Shown: positions 28,764 to 37,742 of the stretch, one piece after another
Layout: each line of letters begins with the position of its first letter
How positions within the stretch are numbered: position 1 is the stretch's first letter
Assembly: GCA_965223205.1 (NCBI GenBank)
Contig: OZ244990.1
Span: 2,761,632-2,825,631 of the forward strand
Direction: 5' to 3'
Length of the DNA stretch: 64,000 nucleotides
DNA from: Candidatus Eiseniibacteriota bacterium
GTDB taxonomy: Bacteria; Eisenbacteria; RBG-16-71-46; CAVPCR01; CBDCWB01
Notes under the pieces: model-generated
The model's input: the letters and a program-made list of their open reading frames with translations, nothing else
The model's database searches: none
Told to the model about the DNA's origin: nothing
Position numbers and translations under genes: made by a program

Positions 28764-30292
28764 TCGACCCCGGTCGGTTGATCCTGACCGGGCTCCCGGC
28801 CGGCGAACTAGACGGCGACACCCTCGAGTTGGTGCGGGGGTTCGCCGGCTTTTTGTTACTGCGGCGGAACGCCGCGGCCCCTGATCAGCTGACCGCGCTC
28901 ATCGCTGGCCTGGATGACCCCACTCAAGAGCCACGGCTCATCGCCATCGATGAAGAGGGCGGCATGGTGTCGCGCCTCAGCCACTTCGGTTTGGAGGCTC
29001 CGGCGGCGATGGCCGTCGCTGCCACCGGCTCGGCCGACACCGCCGCCGACATCGCCCGCGACGTTGGCCACGCCCTGCGCACCCTGGGAATCAACGTCGT
29101 CCTCGGGCCGTGCTTGGATGTGCTTTCGGAACCGTTGAACCCGGTGATTGCCACCCGCGCCTTCGGTGAGGATGCCGAGACCGTCGAGCGCTTTGGGATG
29201 GCGGCCGTCCGCGGCTACGAAGCGGCTGGACTGGCACCGGTGGCCAAGCACTTCCCCGGCCACGGCGGCACCGCCGAGGACTCGCACACTGCCACGGCCC
29301 ACGTCTTGAGTGAGGCGTCCGAGCTTTGGGAGCGGGACCTCGCTCCCTTTCGCGCGGCGGTATCAGGCGGCGTCGGCGCGCTGATGACCGCGCACGTCTG
29401 CTACCCGCGCGCTACACCACGCGAAGAGCGCGACTTGCCAGCGACCTTGTCACACCATTGGCTGACCGCAGTGCTCCGGCGCCAGCTAGGTTTCGACGGC
29501 GTCGTCCTCTCCGATGCCTTGGAAATGCAGGGCGTTGCCGCCGGTCGCGATCTCGAACACGTCGCCCAAACCGCCCTTACCGCCGGCGTCGACCTGTTCG
29601 TCTGCGAGGATCTGGAAACGGCGCTCCGCACCCGAGGGCTGTTGGCGGGCGCGGCGAAGCGCCACTCGGCGGTTGCCGAGCGGCTGGCCTCCTCGGCGCA
29701 GCGGGTGGACAACTGGCGCCGCCACTTGCCGCGCACGGCGGTGCCCGGTCCACCCATCGAAGCGCTCCGCCGCGCCACCGAAGCCACCAACGCCATCCGC
29801 GCTTCAACGATTGCCGTGGCCGGCGACCCGATGGGCGCCTTGCCGCTCGACCCCGATCAACCGCTTCTCTTCGTGTTGCCGCGCGAACTCGACGCCAGTC
29901 GACCGGTCGACGTCGACTTCTTGCGCACCGAAACCCAAGCGCGTTTCAAAGAAGGGCGGGTGATCGCTCTGGAGCCAGCCCCGACGCCCGGAGAACTCGA
30001 GCTCTTGGGCGAGTGGGTGAGAGACCGGCCCAACCTGGCGGTGGTCTTGGGAGTGATGGGCCGCCGCCCTGCCGACTGGGTGCCCGAAGCCACCGTGCGC
30101 TTGGCCCAATCGGATGGCCCGCGGGTCGGCGTCGCCCTGAGCCGCCCGGCCGACGTCCAGTGGGTGGCACCTGACTGGCCGCGCCTTTTGACGTATGGGT
30201 TCGAGCGCCCGGCCTTGTGTGCGCTTTTGGACGTTCTTTGCGGTCGGATCGAGGCCTCTGGGCGCGTCCTCGGCCTGGGCGCCCCGAGTTGA
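28760..30292 (+). CDS. nagZ: Beta-N-acetylhexosaminidase (GH3), no signal peptide
   Basis: IAIDEEGG.VSRL, GIN...GPCLDV, RAFGED, KHFPGHG, EDSH, MTAHV, GFDGVVLSDALEM. Confidence 0.92.
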   Translation: MIDPGRLILTGLPAGELDGDTLELVRGFAGFLLLRRNAAAPDQLTALIAGLDDPTQEPRLIAIDEEGGMVSRLSHFGLEAPAAMAVAATGSADTAADIARDVGHALRTLGINVVLGPCLDVLSEPLNPVIATRAFGEDAETVERFGMAAVRGYEAAGLAPVAKHFPGHGGTAEDSHTATAHVLSEASELWERDLAPFRAAVSGGVGALMTAHVCYPRATPREERDLPATLSHHWLTAVLRRQLGFDGVVLSDALEMQGVAAGRDLEHVAQTALTAGVDLFVCEDLETALRTRGLLAGAAKRHSAVAERLASSAQRVDNWRRHLPRTAVPGPPIEALRRATEATNAIRASTIAVAGDPMGALPLDPDQPLLFVLPRELDASRPVDVDFLRTETQARFKEGRVIALEPAPTPGELELLGEWVRDRPNLAVVLGVMGRRPADWVPEATVRLAQSDGPRVGVALSRPADVQWVAPDWPRLLTYGFERPALCALLDVLCGRIEASGRVLGLGAPS

Positions 30293-30317
30293 CTTTCCCA
30301 GACCCCGATTGTAGATT
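30289..30317 (+). promoter_or_regulatory. Sigma70 promoter of tRNA-Asp
   Basis: TTGACT-N17-TAGATT. Confidence 0.7.
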
Positions 30318-30333
30318 CCGGGCGGATTTTGGC

Positions 30334-30410
<77 letters not shown>

Positions 30411-30421
30411 TTTCTCTGGCG

Positions 30422-30460
30422 ATGCGCGCTCGGTCCAGACCGGGCGCGCATTGTCGTTTT
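30422..30460 (+). terminator. Terminator-like hairpin after tRNA-Asp
   Basis: ATGCGCGCTCGGT-CCAG-ACCGGGCGCGCAT followed by TGTCGTTTT. Confidence 0.6.
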
Positions 30461-30559
30461 GCAGGCACACCTCCTTTCCGGTTGCATGCTGTCCCCTCAC
30501 CCGGCCCTGGCAAGCTCGACGGCCGAGCTAGCCTCGAAGCGGCAAAACGATGTTCGGGG

Positions 30560-30682
30560 GGCGCGAGGGAACGGGGAATGCGCCTGCTCAGACAGTTGCG
30601 CGCGCCAGTGAGTCCCACGGCTCGCGCAACGCTGGTGACGCGCGCGCAAAACTCGCCGGCGCATTCCCCGTTCCCTCGCGCC
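30560..30682. repeat. 123-bp palindromic element with perfect 25-bp terminal inverted repeats (MITE/REP-like)
   Basis: GGCGCGAGGGAACGGGGAATGCGCC (30560-30584) is the exact reverse complement of 30658-30682. The interior also pairs (TTGCGCGCG/CGCGCGCAA, CCAG/CTGG). Confidence 0.85.
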
Positions 30683-30753
30683 ACAACCACCTCGCCTTGC
30701 GATTTGGTTTGACGCATTCACGTTAGGTCCTCCCTTACGGTGCAAGATCCCAG

Positions 30754-30781
30754 TTGCATAGCCGGGGACGTGTGTTACGCT
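30754..30781 (+). promoter_or_regulatory. Candidate promoter for the M6-like protease locus
   Basis: TTGCAT-N16-TACGCT with extended -10 TGn; GGGGAGG RBS at 30821-30827. Confidence 0.45.
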
Positions 30782-30839
30782 ATAGCTAGGTCGGCTCCCG
30801 TCCGCCGTTGCCCAGCAACAGGGGAGGAAAAGATGAAAT

Positions 30840-30870
30840 CTCGCCGCTCGCCGCTCGCCGCTCGCCGCTC
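30840..30870 (+). repeat. Heptamer tandem repeat (CTCGCCG)x4 plus CTC just after an RBS-ATG
   Basis: Read directly: C TCGCCG CTCGCCG CTCGCCG CTCGCCG CTC, starting 7 nt after the A of ATG 30833. Confidence 0.9.
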
Positions 30871-30956
30871 TGGCTGCCCAGCCGGGATTCCTAGCAAGTC
30901 AAGCCGCTCCTGGCCGTCCTCGCTCTCGGCTCGGACAAGAAGTTTGGTTCCTTCTC

Positions 30957-33656
30957 TTGTTTGGCCTGCTTGCCGTGCTTACGGCGCCAGGCTCGGCGGG
31001 CCGCCCTGGATGGCCGGCAAGCGCTTGGGCGGCCGATAGCGCGTGGTGCTACGTGGAGAGCGGTTCAGCATCGTTCAGCGGCACGGCGTCCAACCCCGAT
31101 TCTCTAGTCGGCGCCATTGTGTGGATAGCATTTTCGGATAGCGTCGACACGTTGTACACGAGCTGCGCAGGCGGCAACGGCCGCGACCACACGGTGCTTA
31201 GTGACAGCCTGCCGACTTGGTTTCGCGAGATGGAGACCGAGTTTGAAGAATACGTCGATTGGATTTCCTACGGGAAGATGTACCTCGATGTCACGACCGT
31301 GCAGCGCCCCGGGGCAGACAGCCTCTTGGCCTGGGATAGTGGCAAGACACCGTGCTACTGGCTAGCAACTGCAGACGATCCTACTTCTCCCTGTGGCGCG
31401 GGCGGAAGTAGCGTATACGGTGAGGGCTGCGTCAACCTGCATATGATCAATGAGATCGAGACTTCCCTTGGGCCGAACTACTTCGATGATTTCGACCGTG
31501 TGTTTTTCGTGCACTTAGGCAACGCCTTTGAGGTCGACTGGGCGGCGGGGTGGGGAGGCACCATACCCTGGCATGGCACACGGTACAATTGCACGACGTG
31601 TCCATATGATGGGCTCGGCACAACGCAGCGACCAATCCGCCCGGGTGATGGCGGGGCATCGTCGGGAGCTGCCGGCGGCACCAAGTGGCTCTTATCTCAT
31701 GAGTTTGGCCACACCCTTGGTATTCAACACACTCCAGGCACCGGCAAGGTTGACATCGGTTACTACGAGAACATGAAGGCAGGGGCTCCTCAGCCGGTGG
31801 ACTTCACGGATACGTTCATGCCGTACCACATTTTCTCGATCAGCACTCTGGAGTACGAGACCGGGCCTGACTGGTTCGAGAACGCCTGGTTCGACACTGT
31901 CACCACGAATACGCTCGACGTTCGAATCTATGACGTGCGAGGCCCCAATCGCAACGTCGCCCTCGTCGACACTGGGGTGGACTCGACGGAATCGGAGTTT
32001 TGGCTGATTCACCACCAGGAAAGCCAGTTCGACGCCGAGTATGGGGGCGACTTGCTTGCGATTTGGCATGTGACGCAACCAAGCGACCCGGATCAGCATC
32101 ACACAACCCTTGATCTCGAGCTTGTGACTGGCAAGTTCACGACGATCGGCTCGTTGTGCCCTGGGATTGCTCCTGCGCCAAGCACTGGCCTGGATGCGCT
32201 CGAGTGCGACGATGGCGCCGCCGGCAACGGCGACGATAGCTATCGCGGCAGCCCCGCTGATCTCTGGAGCGCCGCCGGCGCCGACACGTTTGGAGTGGGT
32301 TCCAACCCCAATACGCATGACTATGCAGATCCGGATGAAATCGATGTGACCGAGCAGACGGTTGCTACCCACATCAGCATCCACGACATACGGCTGGCCA
32401 GCCCACCGTTTAGCACCGGCCCCAAGGACTACTACGTCGACGTGATCTACAATTGGGGAGTTTCCTCGCCGTACCTCTATACGTGGCGGGGGGAGAACTT
32501 CCCGCGGGGTGTCAACCTCCTCCCCGGATCGTCTTTTGAGGGCGATCCTGCGCCGGTCGGCTTTGACGCAGGAGCAGACTTTGTGTTGTTGCCCGGCCCA
32601 AAAGCGCACTACGAGGAGCAATACACGCTCAAGATTCGAGAGGATGGACGCTCGACCACCTTCCTCGACGAAGCGAGACTCATCGCGGTCGATCACGGCT
32701 GGAACTCGAGAGTAGCAGTGACTGCCGAGGGTGAGATCGTCGTTTACGATACTACCTTCGTGCCTGACCATATCGCTGGCCTCCCAGCGAGCATCGATCC
32801 GGCGGTTCTAGGGGAACGCAATGACCTCTTCCATGCGGGACCGGGCACGGTTCTGACGTTTACGTGGAACGAGCCTGGCCCATCGAATGCGGGTGTTTTG
32901 TTCTCGTACGTCGGGCAGGCAGCAAACAACATCGATGGTCGTGCAGGTCTTGTGATTGAGAGGCTCGAAGGAGTGGATTGGGTCGAAGTCGCACACCTGG
33001 CGCCGCGTGCGGTCACGACCGACGCGTTCATCGGTCAGGAAGTGCTGGGGGTGCCCGGTCAACCCATCGAGCTCAGGGTGCGGTGGTTGGACATACATGC
33101 CCTCGACCTGGTGGCACTCGTTGACCGGGTTGAGCCTGAAAGTTGGAGCCAAGCCCCGGTTGAGCTTCTTGATGCAGAGATTGCCTACAAGGGCGCAAGG
33201 TTGGCCGAGCTTGGCGAAACGGACCAAAATTTCGCAACGTTGGAGCCGGGGGACAAGCTAACCCTGGCGTTCGCGTACGAGGCACCGCCTGCTGCCCGCA
33301 CGCTGATGCTGGGTGTCACTGGGTACTATGTTGCACCGGAGATTGCCGGAAGACCGGACTCTGACGATCGGCGCACGAACATCGTCGCTGTGGAGCACGC
33401 TAGTCCCAATCCTTTCAATCCAACGACCGCGATGACGTTCACTCTGAGTAGGGGTTCGCAAACGACGCTGGCGGTGTACACCGTCGAAGGGCGCCTGGTT
33501 CGTATCTTGCACTCGGGTCCGCTAGCTTCAGGGGAACACACGTTTTCCTGGGATGGCCGGTCGAGTGGCGGAGCGCCCGTCGCTTCCGGCAGCTACTACT
33601 ACAAGCTCACTGCCGGCGAGGACGTGGCGACCGGCAAGCTGCTCTTACTCAAGTAG
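30957..33656 (+). CDS. Secreted zinc metalloprotease (M6/immune-inhibitor-A-like) with C-terminal FlgD-Ig domain; true start probably ATG 30833, currently out of frame
   Basis: HEFGHTLGIQH zinc motif; F.EM....F.EY...ISYGKM-type prodomain; NPNT..Y; C-terminal PNPFNP...VYTVEGRLVR...WDG...SGSYYY. Confidence 0.75.
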   Translation: MFGLLAVLTAPGSAGRPGWPASAWAADSAWCYVESGSASFSGTASNPDSLVGAIVWIAFSDSVDTLYTSCAGGNGRDHTVLSDSLPTWFREMETEFEEYVDWISYGKMYLDVTTVQRPGADSLLAWDSGKTPCYWLATADDPTSPCGAGGSSVYGEGCVNLHMINEIETSLGPNYFDDFDRVFFVHLGNAFEVDWAAGWGGTIPWHGTRYNCTTCPYDGLGTTQRPIRPGDGGASSGAAGGTKWLLSHEFGHTLGIQHTPGTGKVDIGYYENMKAGAPQPVDFTDTFMPYHIFSISTLEYETGPDWFENAWFDTVTTNTLDVRIYDVRGPNRNVALVDTGVDSTESEFWLIHHQESQFDAEYGGDLLAIWHVTQPSDPDQHHTTLDLELVTGKFTTIGSLCPGIAPAPSTGLDALECDDGAAGNGDDSYRGSPADLWSAAGADTFGVGSNPNTHDYADPDEIDVTEQTVATHISIHDIRLASPPFSTGPKDYYVDVIYNWGVSSPYLYTWRGENFPRGVNLLPGSSFEGDPAPVGFDAGADFVLLPGPKAHYEEQYTLKIREDGRSTTFLDEARLIAVDHGWNSRVAVTAEGEIVVYDTTFVPDHIAGLPASIDPAVLGERNDLFHAGPGTVLTFTWNEPGPSNAGVLFSYVGQAANNIDGRAGLVIERLEGVDWVEVAHLAPRAVTTDAFIGQEVLGVPGQPIELRVRWLDIHALDLVALVDRVEPESWSQAPVELLDAEIAYKGARLAELGETDQNFATLEPGDKLTLAFAYEAPPAARTLMLGVTGYYVAPEIAGRPDSDDRRTNIVAVEHASPNPFNPTTAMTFTLSRGSQTTLAVYTVEGRLVRILHSGPLASGEHTFSWDGRSSGGAPVASGSYYYKLTAGEDVATGKLLLLK

Positions 33657-33704
33657 TGTTTGATGGCCCGCTTGTAGGAGCGGGTCTTGTTGCAGGAGGA
33701 TGCG

Positions 33705-34994
33705 ATGAAACGCGGAATTCTTGGTTCGTTGCTGATGGTTGCAGTAGCGGCGAATGCCTTTGCGACCGTCATACGAGTGCCCTCGGACTATCCCACGATT
33801 CAAGCGGGAATCGATGCGTCCAGCCCGGGGGATACTGTTTTGGTGGGGCCGGGGACCTACCTGGAGCGCCTGGTGGTTGACGATCCCGTCAACCTGATTG
33901 GCGAGAACGGAGCGGGGGCAACGACGCTGGACGCTGATCTGCTGGGGCCGGCGATCCGATCCGACGATGACATCGAAGTTTCGGGATTCCGTATCGTGCG
34001 GGGATTTCCCGGCTTCGAACGGACCGGCGGGCACTTTGTCCTAACTGACAACATCTTCGAATTCTGTGAGAACGCGGGCTACGCATCCGCAATAGATGGG
34101 GGAGGGGGGGGCGTCGTAGAGCGCAACGTCTTCCGTTACAGCGCTATGGGTTCCAAGGGCAATGCAACGCTAATCGAGTGCTCAGCCACATCGTTTCAAG
34201 ACAACTTGATTTATGCCAATTGGGGTGGCTACAATCTTGTTCGGATAGTTGGGAGGCGGGACGCACAGGGCAATCCTGCGATCATCTCGGGCAATGTCAT
34301 CGTCGACAACGTTTGGGGTGGCACGACGGTGTTAATCGTAGGTGTCGCGGAGATCACGAATAACACCATCGCCAACAATATGGCGGGCGCGTTTGAGGTG
34401 GAACTCTGGGACGAGCACGGGAACGGAGATCTTACCTTTACCAACAACAACGTTGTTTCCGGGATCGGTGGAGGGTTGTTTTGTTACTTCGACCCACAAT
34501 CCCAATATTCAGTTGAGTGCAACAACGCCTGGTCAATAGCTGGGGACAGCTACGCCGGCGATTGCGTCGGCGGCGTCAACAGCAACATCTCAGTCGACCC
34601 GCTCTTTTGCGACCCGGAAAACGGCGACTACACCTTGAGCGCCAACTCGCCATGTGCGCCGCGCAACTCGCCCTGCGGATTGATCGGAGCGTTGGGAGTA
34701 GGGTGTACGTCGACGACAGCGGTAGTTGCTGCGGGAGTTTCAGCCGTGCGGCTTCCGAGATTGATGGTTGCTCCCAACCCCCTGCGGACCCATACAGAGT
34801 TCCGCGTTGAGGGAGCGACACGCGGCATGCTGTCCATCTTCGACCCGGGCGGTCGACTGGTCGAGAGCTTCGAAGTACGCGACGGTGCGGCGCCGTGGAG
34901 GGCGCCCGACGGCTGGCCGGCAGGTGCCTACTACGTCCGGTTTAGGGGTGCCAGCGGCGCCCAACTAACGGGAAAGTTCCTCGTCGTCCGGTGA
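33705..34994 (+). CDS. Secreted right-handed beta-helix (pectin-lyase-like) protein with T9SS-like C-terminal tail
   Basis: Signal peptide; VIRVPSDYPTIQAGIDA...GDTVLVGPGTY; N-rich beta-helix repeats; NISVDPLFCD..NGDYTL..NSPC; PNP...IFDPGGRLV...GAYYVR. Confidence 0.8.
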   Translation: MKRGILGSLLMVAVAANAFATVIRVPSDYPTIQAGIDASSPGDTVLVGPGTYLERLVVDDPVNLIGENGAGATTLDADLLGPAIRSDDDIEVSGFRIVRGFPGFERTGGHFVLTDNIFEFCENAGYASAIDGGGGGVVERNVFRYSAMGSKGNATLIECSATSFQDNLIYANWGGYNLVRIVGRRDAQGNPAIISGNVIVDNVWGGTTVLIVGVAEITNNTIANNMAGAFEVELWDEHGNGDLTFTNNNVVSGIGGGLFCYFDPQSQYSVECNNAWSIAGDSYAGDCVGGVNSNISVDPLFCDPENGDYTLSANSPCAPRNSPCGLIGALGVGCTSTTAVVAAGVSAVRLPRLMVAPNPLRTHTEFRVEGATRGMLSIFDPGGRLVESFEVRDGAAPWRAPDGWPAGAYYVRFRGASGAQLTGKFLVVR

Positions 34995-35029
34995 CGGCCG
35001 CCTGGGACTTTGGGGCCCGATGTTCGGAC

Positions 35030-35058
35030 TTGATTGTCCCGGTCTCCGGCTGTAGATT
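35030..35058 (+). promoter_or_regulatory. Sigma70 promoter of hisN
   Basis: TTGATT-N17-TAGATT, 17 nt before ATG 35076. Confidence 0.55.
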
Positions 35059-35075
35059 GCCGCGCATCGTCGACT

Positions 35076-35927
35076 ATGCTGCCCTCCCATCCCGACTTCG
35101 ACAAGACCGAGGTGATCCCCCGCCTGGAGGCGGCGCGTCGCTTCGCCCGCGCCGCCGGGACGCTGACCCTGCGTCACTACCAAAGCCACGCCCTGGTTGT
35201 TGAATCTAAAGAGGACGCCTCGCCCGTGACCGTCGCCGACCGCGCCGCCGAAGAGTTGTTGCGCGACAAGATCAGCGCCGAGTTTCCCGACGACTCCATC
35301 CTCGGCGAGGAGTTTGGCGAAGCCGCGGGTCGCTCGGGGTTTCGTTGGGTGTTGGATCCGATCGATGGCACCCAGGCGTTCGTGCGCGGCGTGCCACTCT
35401 ACGGCACGTTGGTTGGCATCGATCATCGCGGTGACAGCCTGATCGGGATCATCGAACTCCCGGCGCTCGGTGAATCGATCTACGCCTGGCGCGGGGGAGG
35501 GGCTTGGTGGCAACGGGGCGAGGGTGATCCGGCGCCTGCGCGCGTCGGTGCCGCCGGCACGCTGGCCGAAGCGACGCTGGTGACCACCGCCCCCTACGGC
35601 ATGGAGGGCGCCCAAGCCACCGCCTTCGAGGCGCTTGCTGGCGCCGCCGGGGTTGTCCGCGGTTGGGGCGACTGCTATGGCTATGCACTGGTCGCCACCG
35701 GTCGCGCCCACGTCATGGTCGATCCCGGAGTGCACATTTGGGACGCGGCACCTTTGAAGGTGATTCTGGAGGAGGCCGGCGGTCGCTTCACAGACTGGCA
35801 AGGTGAAGCGACTATCTTTGGCTATGACGCGATCGGCACCAACGGCACCCTGCACGACGCTGTCTTGAGTTACTTGCGGCAAGCGGCGCGGCCACCCTCG
35901 GCTGGGCACAGGTCGGTTCTTCGTTGA
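35076..35927 (+). CDS. hisN: Histidinol-phosphatase (inositol monophosphatase family)
   Basis: K.DASPVTVADRAAE, ILGEEFG, WVLDPIDGT.AF.RGVPLYGTL, RGWGDCYGY.LVATG, WD.APL. Confidence 0.85.
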   Translation: MLPSHPDFDKTEVIPRLEAARRFARAAGTLTLRHYQSHALVVESKEDASPVTVADRAAEELLRDKISAEFPDDSILGEEFGEAAGRSGFRWVLDPIDGTQAFVRGVPLYGTLVGIDHRGDSLIGIIELPALGESIYAWRGGGAWWQRGEGDPAPARVGAAGTLAEATLVTTAPYGMEGAQATAFEALAGAAGVVRGWGDCYGYALVATGRAHVMVDPGVHIWDAAPLKVILEEAGGRFTDWQGEATIFGYDAIGTNGTLHDAVLSYLRQAARPPSAGHRSVLR

Positions 35928-36332
35928 CGGGGGAGGACCCAGCCCAAGACGGACCTGCCATCCTCGTATCCACATAGGCGCTTTGTGCGCCGAATTGGAC
36001 TCGAAGGGGATCCCAGTAGTGAATTGGCGCGTCGACGAGCGAGATGGTCAAAAACTGCAAGTCTTCTTTGTGCAAGCCCCGGACGGCCTCTGCTTCTATT
36101 TTCACGAGCCGCTCTAGTCGTACGCGCCTGACCGAGCATGGCAAGCCATTTGAGGGCGGCAGTCGCGCCCAACGCATCGCTGGGCTATTGGCCCCAAAAA
36201 CCATCTGCCCGCCTGGTTCAAACCATTTGGCGGCGACGCCGCCCGGGGCGGCTTATGTTCGTCTCTCATCGAGTCGATCGAAGGGTGGACCCACCTCACT
36301 TCTAGTGGCACCTACGCTTCAAAGGATGACCG

Positions 36333-36956
36333 ATGGCTCCGATCCGTATGTGGGACCGTTGTGCAGCGGCTCTTTCGTTTCTTGCTCTGCTCTTGGCTTC
36401 TGAGGCCGTCGCCCAGGTCGCATGGGACGCGCCGCTCTTCGTGCCGCCTCGCCCCCCGGCTGGCACTGGAATCTACGTGGCTGATACGGCTGGCGGTGCG
36501 GTGGGGGCGTTGGTCGGGTGGCGCAGTGAAAGTCTGGGCCGCGAGCTTGGTTGGCGGGTTGGCGTTGCCGATGGCCACCGTGATCAGGACCTCAGCGGCT
36601 ATGCCGGGGTTGATTTGAGTGGCCCCATTCAACGACTCTCAAACGACCTGCCGTTCGAAGTCGCTTGGGTAGCCGGCGGTGGAGTGTCGGTCGGCGATCG
36701 AGCCGTCTTGAGCATCCCGCTGGGCATCTCGCTGGGAAGCACCGTGGCTGGCTCCGAATCGATTCGCTTGACGCCCTATCTCGCGCCACGAATCACTGCC
36801 GACGCGATTTTCGGCGGTGACGGCGAGAACGACGTGTTCGACCTGGGTTTCTCTCTAGATCTTGGCTTGGACATGGCGTTCCAGAGTGATTGGATGGCCC
36901 GGCTGGGGCTCACCGTGGGTGACCGTGACGCAGTCGCGTTCGGGTTGGTCTTCTAG
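36333..36956 (+). CDS. Putative outer-membrane beta-barrel protein
   Basis: Signal peptide (ALLLASEAVAQ), alternating amphipathic strands, terminal Phe (FGLVF). Confidence 0.65.
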   Translation: MAPIRMWDRCAAALSFLALLLASEAVAQVAWDAPLFVPPRPPAGTGIYVADTAGGAVGALVGWRSESLGRELGWRVGVADGHRDQDLSGYAGVDLSGPIQRLSNDLPFEVAWVAGGGVSVGDRAVLSIPLGISLGSTVAGSESIRLTPYLAPRITADAIFGGDGENDVFDLGFSLDLGLDMAFQSDWMARLGLTVGDRDAVAFGLVF

Positions 36957-37120
36957 GACGTCGATCGGCCGCTGCTGGCCCTCTGAGCCGCCCTCTACCC
37001 CCACGCGCCACGATGACAGGTAATTTTTCTTTAGGTGGCACAAAGTGGCAGAAGGTGCTAGGCTCCCCGGGCGGAGTGGATCCGCGTTTCCAGAGTGTTC
37101 GGACAGGACAAGGTGCTCTA

Positions 37121-37143
37121 TTGCAAGGTTGCAAGGTTGCAAG
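37121..37143 (+). repeat. Direct repeat TTGCAAGG x3 upstream of csp
   Basis: TTGCAAGG TTGCAAGG TTGCAAG read directly. Confidence 0.8.
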
Positions 37144-37193
37144 ATCGCAGGACTGGACTCCCGAAACATTCGATACCTACAAGGAGTACGGTC

Positions 37194-37400
37194 ATGCGTA
37201 CGACAGGAACAGTGAAGTGGTTTAAGGACGACAAGGGCTTTGGATTCATCGTCCGTGAAGACGGTGAGAAGGACGTGTTCGTCCACCACTCGGCGATTCA
37301 GGCCGAGGGGTTCAAGACCTTGAACGAGGGCGACCGAGTCGAGTTCGACGTTGTGGAGGGCCAGAAGGGCCCCGCCGCCGAGAACGTGGTGGTTGTCTAG
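37194..37400 (+). CDS. cspA: Cold-shock protein
   Basis: [39 protein letters not shown]; AAGGAG RBS. Confidence 0.96.
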   Translation: MRTTGTVKWFKDDKGFGFIVREDGEKDVFVHHSAIQAEGFKTLNEGDRVEFDVVEGQKGPAAENVVVV

Positions 37401-37438
37401 CAACCAGTGTCCTTGAAGCAATAACACAGGCAATCGAC

Positions 37439-37468
37439 GACCCCGCTGGCGCTATCGCCGGCGGGGTC
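37439..37468 (+). terminator. Strong hairpin after csp (no clear U tract)
   Basis: GACCCCGCTGGCG-CTAT-CGCCGGCGGGGTC. Confidence 0.4.
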
Positions 37469-37550
37469 CGTTGCGTCACCCCCAGGGTGGCGCTCTACGT
37501 ACAGCGAGGATCCACCGACCAGGACCTCGCGCAAAGAGGGGGATGCGACA

Positions 37551-37724
37551 CTGGCGAAGCGCAGCAACTACGGCTTTGAAAAGCGGCAGCGGGAACTGAA
37601 GAAGGCGAAGAAAAAAGAGCAGAAGCTCGAGGAGAAGCTGGCCAAAAAACGGGCCGCCTCCGAGGGTGAGGGCGAAGAGGGCGACGAAGACGAGGACGAA
37701 GAAGACGAGCGCCAGGAGGATTGA
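37551..37724 (+). CDS. Small basic-then-acidic protein (57 aa) with a CTG start, absent from the ORF track
   Basis: (M)AKRSNYGFEKRQRELKKAKKKEQKLEEKLAKKRAASEGEGEEGDEDEDEEDERQED; AGAGGGGG RBS 7-8 nt upstream of CTG. Confidence 0.75.
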   Translation: MAKRSNYGFEKRQRELKKAKKKEQKLEEKLAKKRAASEGEGEEGDEDEDEEDERQED

Positions 37725-37742
37725 CCGCGCTCCTCGAGCGGT

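Noticed and set aside
35928-36332. Possible small gene or remnant between hisN and the barrel gene
   Set aside because: Candidate ORFs overlap hisN or lack an RBS and motifs; nothing supportable.
37036-37050. Sigma54-like TGGCACAAAGTGGCA upstream of csp
   Set aside because: Spacing is GG-N9-GC rather than the obligatory N10, and the -12 lacks TTGC.
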